Origin: Octopus sinensis
Lineage: Eukaryota
Assembly (NCBI RefSeq): GCF_006345805.1
Contig: NC_043016.1
Location: 4,650,001-4,714,000 of the forward strand
Direction of reading: 5' to 3'
DNA: 64,000 nt
A model generated the notes under the pieces. That model was not told the DNA's origin, searched no databases, and was given only the letters and a program-made list of their open reading frames with translations. Made by a program: the position numbers and the translations under genes. Below are positions 29,772 through 41,699 of the stretch, piece by piece (within the stretch, counting starts at the first letter, position 1; each line of letters begins with the position of its first letter).

Positions 29772-29773
<2 letters not shown>
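29325..29773 (+). mobile_element. 355-nt tandem unit (~1.27 copies) with hammerhead; retrozyme / Penelope pLTR-like
   Basis: GCAAAAATACGTCACGAT occurs at 29401 and 29756 (period 355); no ORF. Confidence 0.8.
29560..29606 (+). ncRNA. Canonical type I hammerhead ribozyme
   Basis: ACGCGCG-CTGACGA-GAGGT-CAAT-ACCTC-GAAA-CTCGAG-TC|CGTGTGT: 7-bp stem I (2 GU), 5-bp stem II, palindromic stem III, GUC cleavage site after 29599. Confidence 0.88.
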
Positions 29774-29805
<32 letters not shown>

Positions 29806-29820
29806 ATATATATATATATA

Positions 29821-29873
<53 letters not shown>

Positions 29874-29880
29874 GTATATA

Positions 29881-29916
<36 letters not shown>

Positions 29917-30295
29917 TGTATGTATGTATGTATGTATGTATGATGTTTATATTTATGTACATTGATGCATGCATACATACCTACATTTATGCAAACATAT
30001 ATATGCATATAACATTTAATAACTTAGTGCTAGTTTTCAATACTTTCAATATAAAATGGTATATTTGTTGTTTTCCTTGAGGTATCCTGATTCAAAGAAA
30101 ACTCTACAAGACATCTGAACTAATCTTGCTTCAAACCACTAACTGTATACTAACACTGCTAGCTCTTTTACGAAATAATATGATATTAAACAAACACTAG
30201 TCTAGTACTTTAGGAACAGACTTCCATATTACACAACCCACTATAAAAGGGTATGTATGCATGTATGTATGAATATATACATATATATGTATATA

Positions 30296-30357
<62 letters not shown>

Positions 30358-30859
30358 ATATACATATATATACATATATATATATATATGTATATATATA
30401 ATATATATATATATATTATATATATATATATATATATACATGTTTATATACTTTATATATATACATATGTTTATATATATGTATATATGTGTATATATTA
30501 TATATGTATGTATATATATATATATATATATAATATATTATATATATATATATACATGTATACTTATAATAAACATACACACATACACAAATACATGTAG
30601 GTATATGCATATATGTGCGTGTATGTGTGCATGTGTGTGTGTGCAAGTGTGTGTGTATATGCATATGTGCATGTGTGTGTGTGTGTGTCTGTGTGAGTGT
30701 GTGCATGTGTGTGAATGCCTGTGTGTCTGTGTTTTATCTTATTCTGCCTGCTTGTATCATCATCACTGTTCTAACGTATGTCTTCCCATATTTTCATATG
30801 TCAGATGAGATTTCATTGGGGAAGAATTTTCTATGGTGAGATGTTCCTCCAGAAACCAA

Positions 30860-31350
30860 CCCTCACCTGCTCAAAGACATACATCATCTCGAAAGAGTCC
30901 AGAAGCTGGCTACCCGCATGGTTCTTGGTCTCAAGCATTTGTCATATAAAGAAAGGCTGAAGATGCTCGACATTTATTCTCTAGAAAAACGACGACGCCG
31001 TGGTGATCTCATTCTCGCTCACAACATCATAAGCGGAAAGTGTACCCACTCGAAAGAGCTGTTCCTCACTCCTGCTCCAGAGCGTCGGCTATGAGGTCAC
31101 TCCGAAAAGCTCTATCTGCGACGATTTCATCTCAGTCGAATGAGAGGGGCTTTCTCCGTCCGGGTTGTGGATCCGTGGAATAAGCTGCTGGACGAGATAG
31201 TGAAGATGCCGACGACCGCTCGGTTCAAAGTCTCTCTTGACCAGAAATGGCCTGAACTCTTTGCATGAACACCCTCCCTGTACATAACTCCATGTCCCCC
31301 TACATGGCCTTGCTTTTGCTTTTTGAGCCAATAAAAATTGAATTTAACTG
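30860..31350 (+). mobile_element. CR1-clade LINE 3' fragment
   Basis: LERVQKLATRMV..LSYKERLKMLDIYSLEKRRRRGDLI..FSVRVVDPWNKL; 3' UTR with AATAAA. Confidence 0.92.
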
Positions 31351-31997
31351 AACGGAAAAAAGTTAATAAACCCTCACTTTAGCACACTGCAAATGACAGA
31401 CATGCTTTCTTTTGTACAAATAGTGACGTTTCTGCTGGCAGTAACTGCAAATGTATCATGGCATATCAAAGAACTGATATGTGGCATTGCAATGGACTGC
31501 AAATAAATGACAATTTGTATGAATTCTAAGACTTGCTTAGAATCAGTGTAAACACATCAAGATCAGTTCACATGTTTCATCTGGCAGTCATACATGTACA
31601 TGTACATATTCACACATACACACACATACACAAATATACATGCACTCACACATGCACACACACACTCTCACACACACACACACACACACACACATACATG
31701 CACTCACATATACACACACTCACACATACAGATATTTGTGCTTTGGATAGCTTGTAATTATTAAACAAAAGCCATTTTATCTGCTTAGATTAGAAAAAGG
31801 AAATGAAAATAAATATGAGCAATACATTATCTCACTGTGAATGAAATGACAATGTAAACTCAAAATTACTAGGCTTTCAGTGAATGGCAAATAGAGACAG
31901 GGAGTTTCCTAACCAGCAGTTTCATGGTTTGTTGATTGCTCCTCAGAGAAGACTTGTGTAAAAATGTGTGTGTGTGTGTGTTAACAAAATTTATAGG

Positions 31998-32415
31998 AAC
32001 AGGAGTGGCTGTGTGGTAAGTAGCTTGTTTACCAACCACATGGTTCCGGGTTCAGTCCCACTGTGTGGGACTTTGGCAAGTGACTTCTACTATAGCCTCG
32101 GGCCGACCAAAGCCTTGTGAGTGGATCTGGTAGACGGAAACTGAAAAAGTCCGTTGTATATATGTATATATATGTGTGTGTGTGTGTGTGTGTTTGCGTG
32201 TCTGTGTTTGTCCCCTTAGCATTGCTTGACAACCGATGCTGGTGTGTTTATGTCCCCGTTACTTAGCGGTTCAGCAAAAGAGACCGATTGAATAAGTACT
32301 GGGCTTACAAAAGAATAAGTCCCAGGGTCGAGTTGCTCGATTAAAGGCGGTGCTCCAGCATGGCCGCAGTCAAATGACTGAAACAAGTAAAAGAGTAAAA
32401 GAGAGTAAAGAGAGT
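31998..32415 (+). mobile_element. SINE family A
   Basis: Homologous to 2908-3365. Confidence 0.9.
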
Positions 32416-32611
32416 CCAGGGATGCTGTGTAGGTGCATGCCAAGAGATGCAACCTATTCCTTCCATCATCCTTCACTTTAAACATATTTTTCACAGCCTT
32501 TTTCCTCGAGCATCTTTTCATTTTGTTCAGCCATTCTCTTTCCTATCTTAAACTTTTTCATAGGGTGTTATATTAGTCATTCTGGGACATATTACATTAC
32601 CAAAACTTTCC

Positions 32612-32948
32612 ATTATACTCATTAAAAAGGGTTGTGTTCGTAAGGTGTCACAACAACCAGTATTTTTATCGAGACACCATCCCTAGGGGCTTGCTAGCGA
32701 TGGCTAAAGGAGCCCCTTCCTTCTCTGCTAGATTTATACCCATGAAGACGTATTCTGCTGTTTTTGTTATCGGGATATTCATTATTATTATTATTATTAA
32801 CACTACAGTCCTCGGTGGTAATGGCTCCATCTGTACTAGTACAGAAATACTATTTGGATAGCCGTTGACTTCTCAGTGTTCACCCCCTTTTAAATAAGTC
32901 TTGCTTTTCCTCCTGCGTGGTGACCAAATAGTAAGAAAAACACCTTCC
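32612..32948. repeat. ~340-bp dispersed repeat copy 2
   Basis: Homologous to 19765-20120, same orientation. Confidence 0.8.
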
Positions 32949-32964
32949 ATTTCCTGCCTGTTAA

Positions 32965-33350
32965 CAAGTGACAAAAGTGTTTCACAGTTTCAATCTTTTC
33001 TCTGTCAATTTCTTTCCTAACACTCTCACAATATGGAAGACAAAAAAAATCTTTCAAAGACATTTTATTTCAAAAGCCATCTTTTTCTCATTTTCAGCTT
33101 TTGACATCCATAATTTAAACCCAAGGAGTGCAGCAGAAGGCTTGTATTCCAATTAAAAAGAAGTCATTGTGATGGTAATCTTTTATTATTTTCTCAAAAG
33201 GAATCTAATTCTGCAAACACCACTGTATCTTCTGTAAACTGACATTTTGCTCCATTCTTTGATCTCATATCTATTATTGCTCTTCCCAAATATTTAAATT
33301 CATCAACATTTTTTGTTTGCCTTCCTTACTATTTCAGTTGGATTGGCAAT
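32965..33350 (-). mobile_element. Old RTE-like LINE fragment
   Basis: VDEFKYLG and KKMAFEIKCL motifs on the minus strand. Confidence 0.6.
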
Positions 33351-33369
33351 ATAAATATATATATATTGG

Positions 33370-33727
33370 TTCAGTGGTTTCAGTCCCACTGCGTGGCACC
33401 TTGGGCTAGTGCCTCCTACTAGAGCTTCGGGCCGACCAAAGCCTTATGAGTGGATTTGGTAGATGGAATATATGTGTATATATGTATATATATATGTATG
33501 TGTGTATATGTTTGTGTGTCTGTGTTTGTCCCCCCAATATCACTTGACAAGCGATGCTGGTGTGTTTACGTCCCCGTAACTTAGCGGTTCGACAAAACAG
33601 ACTGACTGATAGAATAAGTACTAGGCTTACAAAGAATAAGTCCTGGGGTCGATTTGCCTGACTAAAGGCGGTGCTTCAGCATGGCCGCAGTCAAATGACT
33701 GAAACAAGTAAAAGAGTAAAAGAGTAA
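33370..33727 (+). mobile_element. SINE family A, 5'-truncated
   Basis: Homologous to 2908-3365 from the B-box region onward. Confidence 0.88.
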
Positions 33728-33734
33728 TGTATAT

Positions 33735-33985
33735 CATCATCATCATCATCATCATCATCGTTTAACGTCCGTTTTCCGCGCTAGCACGGGTTGGACGGTT
33801 TCGACCGGGGTCTGGGGAGCTCGGGACTGCCCCAGGCTCCAGTCTAGTCTGGCAGTGTTTCTACAGCTGGATGCCCTTCCTAACGCCAACCACTCCGCGA
33901 GTGTAGTGGGTGTTTTTTACGTGCCACCTGCACAGGTGCCAGAGGGGTCTGGCATCGGCCACGTTCGGATGGTGCTTTTTATGGG
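33735..33985 (-). mobile_element. RTE 3'-UTR tail copy
   Basis: (CAT)n CGTTTAACGTCCG..GGATGCCCTTCCTAACGCCAACCACTCC as at 25488-25700. Confidence 0.85.
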
Positions 33986-34479
33986 GGGGGGGCAGAAATA
34001 TAGGGGAGCACCAGTGGGAGGGGTGGTTCAGAGGACAGGTACTAGGTAATATATATATATATATATATATTTCTGTTTTTGATAGTTATCATTAGGGTCT
34101 TTTGAAAAATTATTTCCACTCCAAGTGTTCCTGCAGTTAGATCAAGATTTTATTTTTTTCTTTCATTTTTTTAATTTTTTTTCTTTTTATGTCTTCATCA
34201 TATCCTGTTAAGTATTCATTTTAATGAAAATTACTAACTTCTCCACCTCCCACTTTAACATTTCCTTCCACAGATTCAGGAATTTTTGTTTTTATGTTTG
34301 TTAGAAAACAACAGAATAAGTTTGGTGAAAAACACTCCCTTGGCTAATATTTATTGTTACTTTACTTGGTGAAATTCCAACAAAGACTAAACATTTTGTT
34401 CATGTCATAATAATAATAATAATAATAATAATAATTTCATTTATTTGCCACCAGGGTGAAGGATGAGAGGCAATACATA

Positions 34480-34675
34480 ATAATAATGGTTTCAAATTTT
34501 GGCAGCAGTTTTGAGGGAGGGATGAGTCAATTACATCAACCCCAGTGTTCAACTGGTACTTAATTTTATTGACCCTGAAAGGATGAAAGGCAAAGGTGAT
34601 CTCATCAGAATTTGATCTCACAATGTTACATTGGATAAAATGCCATTCAGCATTTTGTCTTGGGTTCTAATGATT
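34480..34675 (-). mobile_element. tRNA-derived SINE with Deu/Nin-like domain, degenerate
   Basis: Reverse complement TTTGCCTTTCATCCTTTCAGGGTCAATAAAATTAAGTACCAG; homologous to 56519-56890. Confidence 0.7.
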
Positions 34676-35021
34676 CTGTTAGTTTGCCACCTTAACAACA
34701 ATATCAACAGCAACAATAATCCATGTTTGCATTGGCCACACAGAATTTGTTGAGGCAGACTTTATACAGCTTGTTGCCCTTCCTGTCACTGATCTTTAAC
34801 TGTGTCCAAGAAAAGCAATATTTCCTCTTGACTAGACAAGTTTTCACAGAAGACGGGAAGTGAAAAGCAGGACACTGCTTGCATGACAGCAACTCTCACT
34901 CACAGCTATCTCATGATCTCAAGACAAGGGGATAGCAACATTCACACACACACACACACACACGTGCACATGCACACAAACACATACACAAACATTTACA
35001 CATATATGCACACACACTCAT

Positions 35022-35052
<31 letters not shown>

Positions 35053-35394
35053 TGCACACATATATGCACACACACTTACACACACACACACACACACAGA
35101 CATATACAGCAAGCTTTTTGTATTTTCTATCAACCAAATCCACCCACAAGGTTTTGATCAGCCTGGGGCTATAATAGAAGATACTTGCCCAGGTACCACA
35201 CAGTGGGACTGAACACAAAGTAATATGGTTTGCGAAACAAGCATCTTATGTCACTGACACACATTTGCCTAATGGCTACAGCACTTACTATTATATTTTC
35301 TGACAATAAACCATGTGCTCCAGGACATTAGCTGGCGATATCAGGCCAAAACAGTCCACCTGCTCTTTGCCCAATCATCTGTTTTTTGCCCAAT

Positions 35395-35620
35395 CATCAT
35401 TGTTCGACCGTGGTCAAGACAATGGAATTTACCATGCTACGCCAGACTTCACAATCCATCATAGCATTATGGAGGTCCTGTTGCTGGATGCCTGTATCCC
35501 TGCAGATTACATCAGGGTAGGAGAGTGTGTGCCCTCTGGTATCGTGAGTAGATGGCTTCCAGAGGAGAAGAGTAGAAATTGCCTCGTTTTCAGCTCTACA
35601 ACAAACTCTACAATGTCATT
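35395..35620 (-). mobile_element. RTE-like LINE 3' end
   Basis: LLLWKPS..TLSYPDVICRDTGIQQQDLHNAMMDCEVWRSMV followed by a TGATGAT tail. Confidence 0.7.
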
Positions 35621-36201
35621 CTAAAAATTAACAGTTGCCTAATTAAAATTTCAGTGCTACTAAAATTATGCATGATTGCTTGAAAAGAATATGAATAAAT
35701 AACCATTACTTTGACACAAAAATGTGAATGCTAAAGAGTTAAAGTTAATGAAGTTATGGTGAAGATTTGACTGCTATTCCAGTATTTTCTGCTACACAAT
35801 ACTACTAATATTGCAAATTCACTCATGAATAATTTGGCCTCCTTTAAAATTAGCTGATGTTTCCCTGAATATCCCCGAGTATTGTTTGTTTCAACAGAGC
35901 AAGCAACACATATAGCAACACTTTGCTTGGATGATTAATTAGATTAATTATTTAGCCATTTTCACACATTTTTTTCCTTTGCCTTCTTTGGTTTTGGTAC
36001 AAACAATTGATTCTGATCACTGAATGGATGATACTTCAAAACGCTATTATAAATTTTACAAAAAATATCACTCGATACAGTCACCACCACCACCACCCTG
36101 CCTTAATAGTCCACCATTGATGCTATTTGTTCTTGATAATTACATGCACACACACACATTCAAATATCCATATTTATATATATATATATATATATATACA
36201 T

Positions 36202-36255
<54 letters not shown>

Positions 36256-36274
36256 ATATATAAATGTATATATA

Positions 36275-36328
<54 letters not shown>

Positions 36329-36489
36329 GTGTGTGTATGTACATGCTATGAGTACATATATATATTATATACATACATGTATACATAAATATATATGTAC
36401 TTATGTTTGTCTTCTGTTATATGCAGAATTACTAAAGCAGTGGGTTGAATATATTGACTGAGATTCTCTTTCAGCAATCACAGCCATTC

Positions 36490-36521
36490 GGTCTATCTAT
36501 CTATCTATTATCTCTACCTAC

Positions 36522-36563
<42 letters not shown>

Positions 36564-36564
36564 C

Positions 36565-36600
<36 letters not shown>

Positions 36601-36613
36601 CTACCTACCTATC

Positions 36614-36658
<45 letters not shown>

Positions 36659-36713
36659 CTACCTATCTATCTATCTATCTATCTATATCTATCTATCTAT
36701 CTATCTATCTATC

Positions 36714-36750
<37 letters not shown>

Positions 36751-36760
36751 TTATCTACCT
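36490..36760. repeat. (ATCT)n microsatellite
   Basis: Direct tandem repeat. Confidence 0.97.
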
Positions 36761-37038
36761 GGCTAATTATCCCTGTATCAGTCTGTCTGTCTGCCTAGCC
36801 AGCCATCTAGCTACCTGTCAATCTATCTGACCATTTTTGCATATATATATATATTCTTGTTGGTTCCAGCTTGTGGTCTACTGCTAGCTAGAGTACTGCC
36901 TAAATCTATTCCTAATTAATCTAAAGTTTTACATGATATTATCAAAGATGACAGTGAATTCATATAAAATTTTTCACTGTGAGTCTTTCGAGAAACAGAA
37001 ATTGATGACAAGAAGTGCTTTAGTTCAAAAGTACTATA

Positions 37039-37461
37039 GGATCTTGCGGTTTGAGCAGCAGTTTTTTCTAGTGGTGTCATATGAAATTGTCACCCATAAT
37101 TATGACCCTAGAATCGATCTATTGCATTTCAATCTCTTTTAGGGTTAGGGTTGGGGTTAGGGGTAGGGGAAAGGTATCTGTTTTTCTTCACAAGTGTAAA
37201 TAATCCCAATCTGTTTCTTAATTGAGGAACATATTCATACAGCACAGAATGTTTTTTTACCTCAATGGACGTCAGTGATTGGTTGAAATTGCAGAGATTG
37301 AAGAAAAAACAACAACAAATATCTTACAAACTATAGAATTTTCTCAATAAAGCCAAGAGAAAAAGATGTATTATAAACACATTCTACCAGTATACGAAGT
37401 TTAAAAGTGTTTAGTTACCTAGAAATTATGTTAAAAACTGCCGTTCAGACTCAAAAGATCC
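37039..37461. mobile_element. MITE with GGATC...GATCC termini, ~28-bp imperfect TIRs and 8-bp TSD
   Basis: TSD GTACTATA at 37031-37038 and 37462-37469; internal TTAGGG-like repeats at ~37138-37165. Confidence 0.85.
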
Positions 37462-37964
37462 GTACTATAAAGTCAAAAAGCAGATTATACATTTTGTAGA
37501 CAGCTGAAAAGATGGTTTTGTAGCATGTATACTCAAGGAGGATGATCTCATTATGTGTGCTTCGTACTCATAAACTCTGGTCCAGAAAATAGTGACTCAC
37601 AGTGAATGAAGCTTTAGTCTTTGGATACAAATAATTTGCTAATAGTATATATGACTAGATAGAGTTGGTCATAAACCGTTAATGTTGATTTTTCGGAAGA
37701 AGCTTTGTCTACACACTTCTAGTATACAAACTTTGAAAAAGGTTCCCAAGATGTTACCCTCTTTAGAGTACATCTGAATGAGCAGAACAACTGTTTATAT
37801 TAAATGGTATCATCCCACTTCTGATGCCCTGAGAAAAAATTGGAACGGTTTCAGGAGCAACTAATTAAAGAATTATTTTGACGAGTTTTGGTTGATGTTC
37901 TGTAAAACAGTTGTCTGAAATCATTTGAAAATTGCCCAACATCAGCATAAATATCATTAATCAC

Positions 37965-37991
37965 TACTACTACTACTACTACTACTACTAT

Positions 37992-38046
<55 letters not shown>

Positions 38047-38142
38047 GCTGCTGCCTGCTGCGCGGCTGCTGCTGCGCCGCCGCCATCACCCCCACCACCA
38101 CCACCACCACCACCACCACAACAACAATGATAATAATAATAA

Positions 38143-38188
<46 letters not shown>

Positions 38189-38193
38189 GTATG

Positions 38194-38243
<50 letters not shown>

Positions 38244-38245
38244 CG
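37965..38245. repeat. Compound trinucleotide microsatellite (CTA)(CTG)(CCA)(TAA)(TTA)
   Basis: Direct tandem repeats. Confidence 0.95.
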
Positions 38246-38499
38246 TTTCATTTATTTACCACAGGGACAAAGGATGGAGGTGACAATACAAAGACAGTTG
38301 ATGGATTGTAATAACTTGTGAAATATTATGATTATTAAATGTGATAATATTATAACATTCATTATTTTGTTATTTAATAGTAATTACTATGTTAATTCTT
38401 TTATATTATATATTTAGATATATTTGTTATTAAAATAAAAATAAAATGTCAAGATTGATTTGTTGTACACTTTAGAATAATAAGGTAATAATAATTGAA

Positions 38500-41400
38500 T
38501 AAAGTGTTGTGGTTTACATATAATGAACTTATAAAAAAACAAACAATATACACAACACACACTGTATAAGAAGGGTCATATGCATAGCATACAAAGGTTT
38601 TAAAAAGAAAAGGTGGTGGGGGAAGGATAGCGATGTGGCTTTCCTGTTACAGGATGGAGCTTTTAGGGATAATTGAAGAATCTCACTGTCTGAGATTTCC
38701 CTGAAACCCCAAGAGCAAGTGCTCTCTCCAATTCCTTCTCTCTGACTCACAGGTACCAGCTATTCTTGCCATTTTCGCAACTTTCACCCACCTTTCAATA
38801 AACTCACTCGAGGACAGCACTTCTCTCTGCACCCTCAATTTCCTTTTCAAGGGAAACTTGAAGAAGTCAATGAGAGCTTCATCAAAGAGGAATGTATCTG
38901 TCCTCAAGCCTTTCAGTCTTGTCCACCAAACAACCTCTTTCACCACAGCCACCAGGCAAAGGAAAACTGCCTTGCCTGCCTGATTAAAGAAGGGCGGCTG
39001 GGTGATCATTACAGACTTAGTCGACAAACGGATCCGTCCCACATATGACTACAGTTGTCCGACATAACTCCACAAATCAGCAATGCCTGGACACTGAACG
39101 AGGGCGTGCAGAACGGTTTCGTCACTCTGCATGCACCTTGGACAAGCCCATCTGACAGCAAATCCGTGCCTGTAGAGTTAATCTCGAACTGGCGGCACCC
39201 GACCTTTCAAGTACAGCTACCTCTCAGCCCATTCCTGGGTAAAACCAGTTGACGGAGGCAATCGTCACCAACCGATGATGGGCCTCCTTGGAGAGGGCGA
39301 TGAGAGCAGAATCGATAGAGTTTAGCAAAAAGTTAGAAGAGGAAATCAAAAAGGGCATTATGACCCATATGTTAGCGGCGAGAATGACTCTTGACCATTT
39401 CTTCGAAGCGAAAGTCAAAAGATGCGTTGTCAGAGATAAAGCTTGTGCGCTCAAACGGGAAAGAAAGCTGTTTGATGGGTTTGAACAGTGGAGACGCAAC
39501 GCGGAAACAAAACTACGAACAGGTCTTTAACGGATGGGAGTATGCTATGCGGCTATGAGCAGCTGTGCGTGGATTTTCAGCAGAACTTCACACATCTGTT
39601 TGGAGAGGTTGATAAGTCGACGACGGTACTGGACTTCAGTTCGTACCAGGACGGCTTGCCGCGACTCTAGGCAGCTGACGCGAGGTTACGTGAAAGGCCG
39701 AAATTTGGGAAGTGATGAGCGATTGCACAAGTCGCAGATCACCCGGTCTGGATGGTCTGCCCTATGAATTCTGTGTATTCATACCAGATTGGTTTCGTAA
39801 CCTCTTGGCAGACGTCTACTGCAACTGGCAATAGAACGGGAAAATTCCTAGTACTGTCAGCAGAAGTGTGGTGACACTGCTGAGGAAGGAGGTCAACAAT
39901 GGGGAAGTGCTAGAGAATTTTCGGCTTATAACTCTGCTAAATACATAGTTAAAATTTTTGGCTGTGTTAACGAAAAGGCTGGCGCTTGTCGCCGGTAGCC
40001 TAGTCGGAAAAGCATAAATATGCGCAATCCCGATCAGGTTTATCCATGACAACCTCCACCTAATGCGATATATCATTCGAAAGCATTCGATAAGGTCGAC
40101 CATTGCTACCTGAAAACCGTCCTGAAAGCAGGCGGTTTCGAACACGTTTTCAGAGGCTGGATGCTGCAATGCACAGTGGCACCTGTTCAGTGGTCAAAGT
40201 GAACGGCCACCAATCGGAGCCGTTTGGCATCGCCCGCTTGATCCGTCAAGGTTGCCTGCTGTCACCTCTTCTGTACGTATTGGCACTCGAGCCACTGCTG
40301 CGGAAGATGGAACAGCTAAGGGATATTCCTTTCAAAGTGGAAAAAGGAAGGGCAGTGTCAGCATACACGGACAATATCACCGTCACGGTGTTGGACACCT
40401 CCGAAGTGGAGACAGTCGGCCCCATCCTAAGGGATATGAGTCGGTTGCAGGGGCTAAAGTCAACACTGACAAATTAGTGGGTTTGCGGTTGGGCTCCTGG
40501 AGAGGCAGGACGATGCCATCGGACGGCGTCGTACGACGCTGGGCCGACAGGCCAGTTAAACTGCTCGGGATCTGGTTTGATCCTAATCTCCGGGTTGATA
40601 AGAACTGGGACGAGGTGGCGAATAGAGTGACTGGTTTTACCCAGGAATGGGCTGAGAGGTAGCTGTACTTGAAAGGTCGGGTGCCGCCAGTTCGAGATTA
40701 ACTCTACAGGCACGGATTTGCTGTCAGATGGGCTTGTCCAAGGTGCATGCAGAGTGACGAAACCGTTCTGCACGCCCTCGTTCAGTATCCAGGCATTGCT
40801 GATTTGTGGAGTTATGTCGGACATCTGTTGTCATATGTGGGACGGATCCGTTTGTCGACTAAGTCTGTAATGATCACCCAGCCGCCCTTCTTTAATCAGG
40901 CAGGCAAGGCAGTTTTCCTTTGCCTGAAGTCTTTGCGTGCCGGAAAGGATGCCGTTAACTTCCAGTAATCGGGTCCCTGTATGTGTGTTCTATCTAACTC
41001 TGCTGTGCAGATCACAGACTTGTGGTCTGTGTAGCCGACCAATTTAAATTGTGGACAACCTGCACTATCTCTATCTTCTGACCTAACAAATACTCTGTCT
41101 AGATACCATTGTGGTTGCTTCATGTCCGCATTGGCACATCAAGAAACTCCAGTCGATACTTATCAGACAATTGGAAGTGCCTAAGTAGGTTTCCGAGGCT
41201 TTTCAACCCACTTCTTCTGTGTACTAGCCCTACACAGTCCAAAATCCTATTCCAGTCCACTATTAGTACTAAACTGCGAGACGTCTCCAGGAATGTTTCT
41301 AGACGCCTGAAGAATTCTGGCCTTCCAGCTCGTCTTGAGGCATAGATGACCATCAACCCAAGGACACCACCTTCGCTACCATTCACATCTAGGACCACCA

Positions 41401-41540
41401 TCCTGCCATTCAGGTCCAAGAAGATTGCCTTTACTTCGAGATCTAAGGATTTTCGGAATAGCACTGCTACCTCGCCGCCCGCTCCCGACAGACCACATGA
41501 TGAGAAAATATCATAATCACAGAAAATAGCACCCATTTTC
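38500..41540 (-). mobile_element. Tx1/L1-clade LINE ORF2 with an internally inverted middle segment
   Basis: APE domain on minus 41540-40927 (GEVAVLF, YLDRVF, TDHK, WKLTAS); linker+RT on plus 39250-40926 (KAFDKVDH, RQGCLLSPLLY, AYTDNI); 3' end on minus 39249-38500. Confidence 0.92.
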
Positions 41541-41699
41541 GATTACTAATGATAATCACAATAATATTGAGTTTATAAATCCAAAATAAGTAAAATAACT
41601 CTGAATAAATAATGTACTCCATACAGCAAAATGTAAACAAAACAGCTTCAATAAATTGAAATCTGAATAAACGTTTTAAAACCATGCTTCAACTGTATT

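Noticed and set aside
35313-35624. 103-aa plus-strand ORF as a host exon
   Set aside because: The minus strand encodes an RTE C-terminus with a GAT tail, so the plus ORF is antisense.
37138-37165. TTAGGG repeats as a chromosome end or fusion scar
   Set aside because: Only about five degenerate units, inside a TSD-flanked MITE.
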